Shown here: one piece after another, positions 27,553 to 33,945 of the stretch
Position numbering within the stretch: the first letter of the stretch is position 1
Layout: each line of letters begins with the position of its first letter
Sequence record: SRR20825006_1863
DNA: 33,945 nucleotides
Reading direction: 5' to 3' (one strand)
Made by a program: the position numbers and the translations under genes
The notes under the pieces: generated by a model
What the model saw: the letters and a program-made list of their open reading frames with translations, nothing else
The model's database searches: none
Told to the model about the DNA's origin: nothing

Positions 27553-27582
27553 TATCAATTAACCACCATCAATGATCAATTG
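27553..27582 (-). repeat. AT-rich heptamer array after secF
   Basis: TATCAAT TAACCAC CATCAAT GATCAAT TG on +, between the secF stop and its terminator. Confidence 0.55.
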
Positions 27583-27585
27583 CCG

Positions 27586-28509
27586 TTATGGCATTTCATC
27601 CACTTCTTCCGGTTCCGGAACCATGAAGTCTTCCTTGCTGACCTTCATCATGAAGAGAATATTACTGACCACATAAATCGATGAGTAGGTACCCACTGCA
27701 ACCCCTACCAGCAAAGCCTCCGAGAAGGAACGCATGACTTCTCCACCAAAGAAGTACAACGCCACTAATACCAGCAAAGTAGTCACAGAAGTGTTGATGG
27801 TCCGGGTAAAGGTCTGGTTCACCGCGCCATTGATAATCGCGACCGGATCGGTCTGTCGGGTACTGCGGAAATCTTCCCGAATCCGGTCAGCCACCACGAT
27901 AGAGTCGTTAAGCGAGTAACCGATCAGCGCCAGCACCGCCGCCAGCACCGTCAGATCGAAAGGCCACTGAATCAGCGCAAACAGCCCCAACACGATGATC
28001 ACATCGTGAAACAGTGCGAGCACGGTCGCCACGCCAAACTTGTTGGAGAACCGAAACCACACGTACAGCATCATCAGGCCAAGGGCCAGCAACATGGCGG
28101 TGCCGGATTCATCGCGGAGTTCGTCACCCACCTGGGGGCCAACAAATTCCACTTTCAGCAGTTCCAGATCCGCATTGTGCTCTTTAAGCACATTGAAGAC
28201 GTTCTGGCCGACCTTGTCCGCATCCGCATCGTCCTTGGGGGCCACACGGATATTCACTTCCTTGGGCGAACCGTAATGTTGCACAACGGCATCACCGAAA
28301 CCCGCCTCAGTAAGATCATCGCGCGCCTGAGACAACTCCACATCCACCGGACTTTTCACCACCACGGTAGTGCCCCCGGTGAAGTCCAGCCCCAGGTTAA
28401 GCCCCCGGGTCAGCAGCAGCGCCACGGAAATAACCACTAGCGCCAGCGACAGGATACCCAGCGGTTTGCGGGCGGCCATAAAATTGATGTTCATGGGTGC
28501 TTTGCTCAT
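27586..28509 (-). CDS. secF: Protein translocase subunit SecF
   Basis: GLDFTGG, VGPQVG.EL, ALFHD, GYSLNDSIVV.DRIRE, GTYSSIY. Confidence 0.98.
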   Translation of the reverse strand: MSKAPMNINFMAARKPLGILSLALVVISVALLLTRGLNLGLDFTGGTTVVVKSPVDVELSQARDDLTEAGFGDAVVQHYGSPKEVNIRVAPKDDADADKVGQNVFNVLKEHNADLELLKVEFVGPQVGDELRDESGTAMLLALGLMMLYVWFRFSNKFGVATVLALFHDVIIVLGLFALIQWPFDLTVLAAVLALIGYSLNDSIVVADRIREDFRSTRQTDPVAIINGAVNQTFTRTINTSVTTLLVLVALYFFGGEVMRSFSEALLVGVAVGTYSSIYVVSNILFMMKVSKEDFMVPEPEEVDEMP

Positions 28510-28516
28510 AACCGCC

Positions 28517-30397
28517 TCAGATGCTCAGTTTGCTCGGGGCGCGGGCGCCTCGACCGTAAATCATTTCTGCCATGGCACGGGTACCGATAATCGCCGTGAA
28601 CATGGAGGTGAGGATGCCAATGAACAATGTAACCGCAAAACCCTGCACCGAACCGGTACCCGCGGCGAACAGAATCACCGCCACAATCAGGGTGGTAATG
28701 TTGGCATCGAGAATGGTGGTAAATGCGCGAGCGTAGCCTTCTTCAATGGCCTGGCGCGGACTGAGCCCTCGGCGCAAATCTTCACGAATACGTTCGAAGA
28801 TCAGCACATTGGCATCCACCGCCATGCCCACGGTCAGCACGATCCCCGCAATACCCGGCAAGGTCATGGTGGCACCGGGGATCAACGACATGACGCCGAC
28901 GATGATCACCAGGTTGCCAAGCAATGCCACATTGGCAATCAGGCCAAACACCTTGTACCAGACGATCATGAAGACCAGCACTAACGCCAGGCCCAGCGCC
29001 ATGGACTTGAGACCGGCCTCAATGTTTTCCGCCCCCAGGCTCGGGCCCACGGTGCGCTCTTCCACAATACTCACTGGCGCAGCCAGAGAGCCCGCCCGCA
29101 GCAGCAAGGCCAGCTCGGAGGCTTCCGCCGGATTATCCAGCCCGGTAATCCGGAAACGGCTACCCAGAGTGCTCTGGATAGTCGCCACATTGATCACGTA
29201 CTTGTCCGTACTGCTGGTCATCTGATCAACGCTATTGCCGTCTTCATCGATAACCTTTTTCACGTCAGTCTTGGTTTCGATGAACAGCACGCCCATGGGA
29301 TTACCCACGTTCTTGCCGGTAACACGCTGCATGCGGCGCGCGCCATCTGAATCCAGCGTCACGTTTACTTCCGGCTGACCATTCTGCTGATCAAAGCCCA
29401 TCTTGGCATCGATCACCTGATCACCGGTGGCAATGCTGGATTTATTCAACGCAACGATACGGCCCTCTTGTCCCTTGAACGGGAAGAACTCCAGACCGGG
29501 AGGCGCCATGCCGGAACGCAGGCGGGCAGAAGACACACTGTTGTCTACCAGACGGAACTCCAGGGTCGCGGTGCGGCCCAGAATCCGGCGGGCGGTGGCC
29601 GCATCCTGAATCCCCGGCAGCTGCACCACGATACGGTCAGCCCCCTGACGCTGCACCACAGCTTCCGCCACACCCAGTTCGTTCACTCGCTTGTTCAGCG
29701 CGGTACGGTTCTGGTCCACGGCGTAATCCTGCATTTCCTTCAGGGCCGTTTCGTTTAGCGTCATGACAATTTTCGGGCTATCACCGGCCGGCTGCATGGC
29801 CAGCTTGTCCAGCGCCTGACGCAACGGCGCACGGGCTGCGTCCGCAGCCACCTGGTCGCCAAAGGTGGCGGTCAGGGTGGTGCCATCCACAGACACCGCG
29901 CGGTAACGCACACCCGCATCACGCAAGGTCAACTTTGCGGTGCCTTCCCAGGCTTCCATGCGGCTCTTCACCACCGAATCCATGTCGACCTGCAGCAGGA
30001 AATGTACCCCGCCACGCAGATCCAGACCCAGATTCATGGGACTCGCACCGATATCCCGCAACCACTGGGGCGTGGTCGCCGCCAGGTTAAGGGCCACCAC
30101 ATAATTATCGCCCAGCGTCGCCGCAGCAATATCCTTGGCACGCAACTGAGCTTCCGTATCGCCCATACGCACCAGCAGTGAGCTCCCCACGATTTCGCCG
30201 TCACCGTGGCTCAGGCCAGCATCATCCAGGGCGCCAAGCACGCGCTGCCTGGCCACATCAGAGACTTCACCCCCCGCCTCGGAATGGCTGACCTGGATAG
30301 CAGGGGCATCCGGGTACAAATTGGGGAGCGCATAAAGGCCACAAACAACGAGGGCAGCCAAAAGCAGGAAAAATTTCCAGCGTGGATAGCGGGTCAT
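28517..30397 (-). CDS. secD: Protein translocase subunit SecD
   Basis: LGLDLRGGVHF, RVNELGVAE, RIVVQLPG, VGPSLG, GMAVDANVLIFERIRE, DANITT. Start MTRYP at 30397. Confidence 0.98.
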   Translation of the reverse strand: MTRYPRWKFFLLLAALVVCGLYALPNLYPDAPAIQVSHSEAGGEVSDVARQRVLGALDDAGLSHGDGEIVGSSLLVRMGDTEAQLRAKDIAAATLGDNYVVALNLAATTPQWLRDIGASPMNLGLDLRGGVHFLLQVDMDSVVKSRMEAWEGTAKLTLRDAGVRYRAVSVDGTTLTATFGDQVAADAARAPLRQALDKLAMQPAGDSPKIVMTLNETALKEMQDYAVDQNRTALNKRVNELGVAEAVVQRQGADRIVVQLPGIQDAATARRILGRTATLEFRLVDNSVSSARLRSGMAPPGLEFFPFKGQEGRIVALNKSSIATGDQVIDAKMGFDQQNGQPEVNVTLDSDGARRMQRVTGKNVGNPMGVLFIETKTDVKKVIDEDGNSVDQMTSSTDKYVINVATIQSTLGSRFRITGLDNPAEASELALLLRAGSLAAPVSIVEERTVGPSLGAENIEAGLKSMALGLALVLVFMIVWYKVFGLIANVALLGNLVIIVGVMSLIPGATMTLPGIAGIVLTVGMAVDANVLIFERIREDLRRGLSPRQAIEEGYARAFTTILDANITTLIVAVILFAAGTGSVQGFAVTLFIGILTSMFTAIIGTRAMAEMIYGRGARAPSKLSI

Positions 30398-30524
30398 AGT
30401 TCTTTCCGGTAGTGCCGGTTTTTTAATAGTGCGACAGTGCGTCGAGCGCCGAAAAAAGGCGGCCGGCATGCACGATTAATCAACCGCTCGATACATTGGG
30501 TTTTGCTGGCGTTACCGCCACAGC

Positions 30525-30550
30525 AAAAGCCCCGCTCTAGACGGGGCTGC
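30525..30550 (-). terminator. Terminator-like hairpin after yajC
   Basis: On -: AGCCCCG-tctagag-CGGGGCT followed by TTTG. Confidence 0.55.
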
Positions 30551-30557
30551 TATTCTT

Positions 30558-30920
30558 TTAGATGGACTTGATGGTGCCTTTGGGCAGAGTGGCCTGGACG
30601 CTGCTTTTCTGCAGTTTGATTTCCAGGTTGTTGCTGATTTCCACCACCACAAAGTCATCAGTCACTTTCGCCACCTTACCCAGAATGCCACCGCTGGTGA
30701 CCACTTCATCACCCTTGCTCAGGCTCTGGACTAGGTTTTTGTGTTCCTTGGCACGCTTCTGCTGCGGGCGAATCAGGAAGAAATAGAAAACCACCATCAT
30801 CACCACCAGCATGATCAGCTCTACACCGCCCGGACCGGCAGGGGCAGCGGGGGCTGCAAACGCCGGAGAAACCATGGCAGAGGCCAACAGGGCCAGCAGG
30901 GAACGCATTGCGATGTTCAT
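30558..30920 (-). CDS. yajC: Preprotein translocase subunit YajC
   Basis: FYFFLIRPQQKRAKEH, KGDEVVTSGGI.G, LPKGTIK; ATG 30920 after GGAG. Confidence 0.97.
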   Translation of the reverse strand: MNIAMRSLLALLASAMVSPAFAAPAAPAGPGGVELIMLVVMMVVFYFFLIRPQQKRAKEHKNLVQSLSKGDEVVTSGGILGKVAKVTDDFVVVEISNNLEIKLQKSSVQATLPKGTIKSI

Positions 30921-30943
30921 TGAATACTCCAATCGATAGATAG

Positions 30944-32178
<1,235 letters not shown>

Positions 32179-33309
32179 GTTCCTTCAATAAACATGGCAT
32201 CGCCGTAGCTGAAAAAACGGTACTGGGCCTCAATGGCCGCCTGATAGGCGTTCATCACCCGATCACGGCCCGCAAAGGCACTGATCAACATCAGCAGCGT
32301 CGATTTTGGCAGGTGGAAGTTGGTCACGAGAGCATCCACCAGCCGGAACCGGTAACCCGGATAGATAAAGATATCCGTCTCGCCCTGCCCGGTTTGCAAA
32401 CCACCAGACTGGCTGGCCGCTTCCAGCGCCCGCAGCGCGGTCGTTCCAACCGCCACCACCCGGCCACCCCGGGCATGGGCCTGGGCCACCTGTTCAACCA
32501 GGGAGTCAGGTATCTGGTAGCGCTCACTGTGCATGTGATGGTCTTCCACCTTGTCCACGCGCACCGGCTGGAACGTCCCTGCTCCTACATGGAGGGTGAC
32601 AAAACCGATATCAACCCCGTGCTGCTCCAGGGCCGCCAGCATCGCATCGTCAAAATGCAGGCCGGCGGTCGGGGCCGCCACAGCGCCGGGTTCGCGGGCA
32701 TAGACCGTTTGGTAGCGCTCCATATCACCATCCTCATCCGGGCGGTCGATATACGGCGGCAACGGCACATGGCCGATTTTCTCCAGGGCCGCCAGCAGAG
32801 TGTCGCAACCTTGGCCCGGCAGCGAGAACTGCAAGACAAACAGGGCGCCACGGCGCCCCGTTACCTGGGCACGAATACCCTCATCAAATTCCAGCCAACT
32901 TCCCGGTTTCGGTGACTTTGAGGCGCGCACGTGGGCGAGCGCCTCGTGGTCATCCACCACCCGCTCGATCAGCACCTCAACCTTGCCACCGCTTTCCTTC
33001 TGGCCAAACAGCCGGGCAGGAATGACGCGGGTATCGTTGAAGATCAGCAAATCACCGGGATGCACATGGGAAAGCAGATCAGGAAACTGCTGATGCAGCA
33101 GCGCATCGCGGGTAAGCGCCAACAGACGCGCATCACGGCGCTCGGCAGGCGGATGGCGGGCAATCAACCCGTCGGGGAGCTCAAAATCAAAATCGTCGAC
33201 GTTCACGTACTGTACCGGCACGGAAGTTCAAGGGGCGCCAAGGATACCTGCTAAACCCCCTCACACCAAGCGGTCTACGTCGCCGGTACGCCAGGGAGTG
33301 AGGCGCGAT

Positions 33310-33783
33310 TCAGGGCGCCTTGGGTTTCTTCGACAGCTGCACCGTCGCCGTAGCGGACAGGCGATCGTGAAGCGTTTGATGCGGCGCGATCAGCACCACC
33401 AGATAGCCGGCCCCGAACAGGCCCCAGGACACGCAGGCACCCAGGAAGCGAGCCAGGGTCTGCCAGAGCCTAACCGGCCCACCGCGATAATCCCGCACCT
33501 GCAACCGCCAGGCACGCATGCCAAGGGTCTGGCCGCCACGCATCCAGAACCAGGCGTAGAACAACCAGGTTTCCACCAGCAACAGCGGCAGCAGAATCCC
33601 CTTCAGGTAATCCGGCGCAGCACGGGTGACGCCATTAATATCTTCCATCGGCAACCCGGTTTTGGGGTAGACCAGCACAAAGATACCCGTAGTCACAAAC
33701 CACAAGGCGAGTACCAGAAAGCCATCATAGACCAGCGCCATCAAGCGCTTAAGCAAACCGGCGGGCGGGGCATATTCGGTCAT
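33310..33783 (-). CDS. RDD family membrane protein
   Basis: AGLLKRLMA..YD, GQTLGMRAWRL, LHDRLSAT motifs; hydrophobic helices. The ORF-track extension to 33918 runs into the tRNA. Confidence 0.9.
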   Translation of the reverse strand: MTEYAPPAGLLKRLMALVYDGFLVLALWFVTTGIFVLVYPKTGLPMEDINGVTRAAPDYLKGILLPLLLVETWLFYAWFWMRGGQTLGMRAWRLQVRDYRGGPVRLWQTLARFLGACVSWGLFGAGYLVVLIAPHQTLHDRLSATATVQLSKKPKAP

Positions 33784-33839
33784 GATCACTTTCCTGGACA
33801 GACGAGTTGAGCTATCGGGAGCCCGGAGACGCCCGACAT

Positions 33840-33868
33840 AAAAAAGCCCGCTGGAAGCGGGCTCTTTT
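33840..33868 (-). terminator. Intrinsic terminator downstream of tRNA-Leu
   Basis: On -: AGCCCGCT-tcc-AGCGGGCT followed by TTTTT. Confidence 0.88.
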
Positions 33869-33874
33869 ATTGTT

Positions 33875-33945
33875 TGGTACCAGAGGCCGGACTTGAACCG
33901 GCACGCCCGTGAAGGCAACGGATTTTGAATCCGTCGTGTCTACCA
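33875..33945 (-). tRNA. tRNA-Leu (CAA), 5' end outside the window
   Basis: On -: TGGTAGACACG-ACGGA TT CAA AA TCCGT, long variable arm, GGTTCAAGTCC, ends ACCA. Confidence 0.95.

Noticed and set aside
33840-33945. tRNA-Leu(CAA) as an occupied integration site
   Set aside because: It is followed directly by its terminator and a core RDD gene; no integrase or duplicated tRNA 3' end was noticed in the window.

Overview
GC-rich gammaproteobacterial chromosome segment; gene order and protein style suggest an Alcanivorax/Oceanospirillales-like organism (inference). It is mostly core housekeeping genes: gatA(partial)-gatB-crotonase, a cNMP-binding protein, hemA-prfA-prmC-moeB, TPR-lolB-ispE-tRNA-Gln-prs-rplY-pth-ychF, trmJ-cysE, suhB, queA-tgt-yajC-secD-secF-DUF2059-like, an RDD protein and a partial tRNA-Leu(CAA). 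A six-gene catabolic cluster with no regulator or transporter (SSADH, tartrate/D-malate-type decarboxylating dehydrogenase, class III aminotransferase, D-2-hydroxyacid dehydrogenase, amidase, class I aminotransferase) lies between suhB and secF. The most unusual signal is non-coding: a dispersed family of 7-bp-periodic arrays (GCnnCAH x4) at gene boundaries. Four loci form ~150-bp elements with inward-facing arms, an 86-91 bp unrelated spacer and a central CGCGC-N10-13-CGCGG motif. Other loci are solo arms, AT-rich heptamer variants, an arm that appears to supply the rplY -35 box, and an arm translated as the QueA C-terminal tail. No transposase, integrase or CRISPR array is visible.
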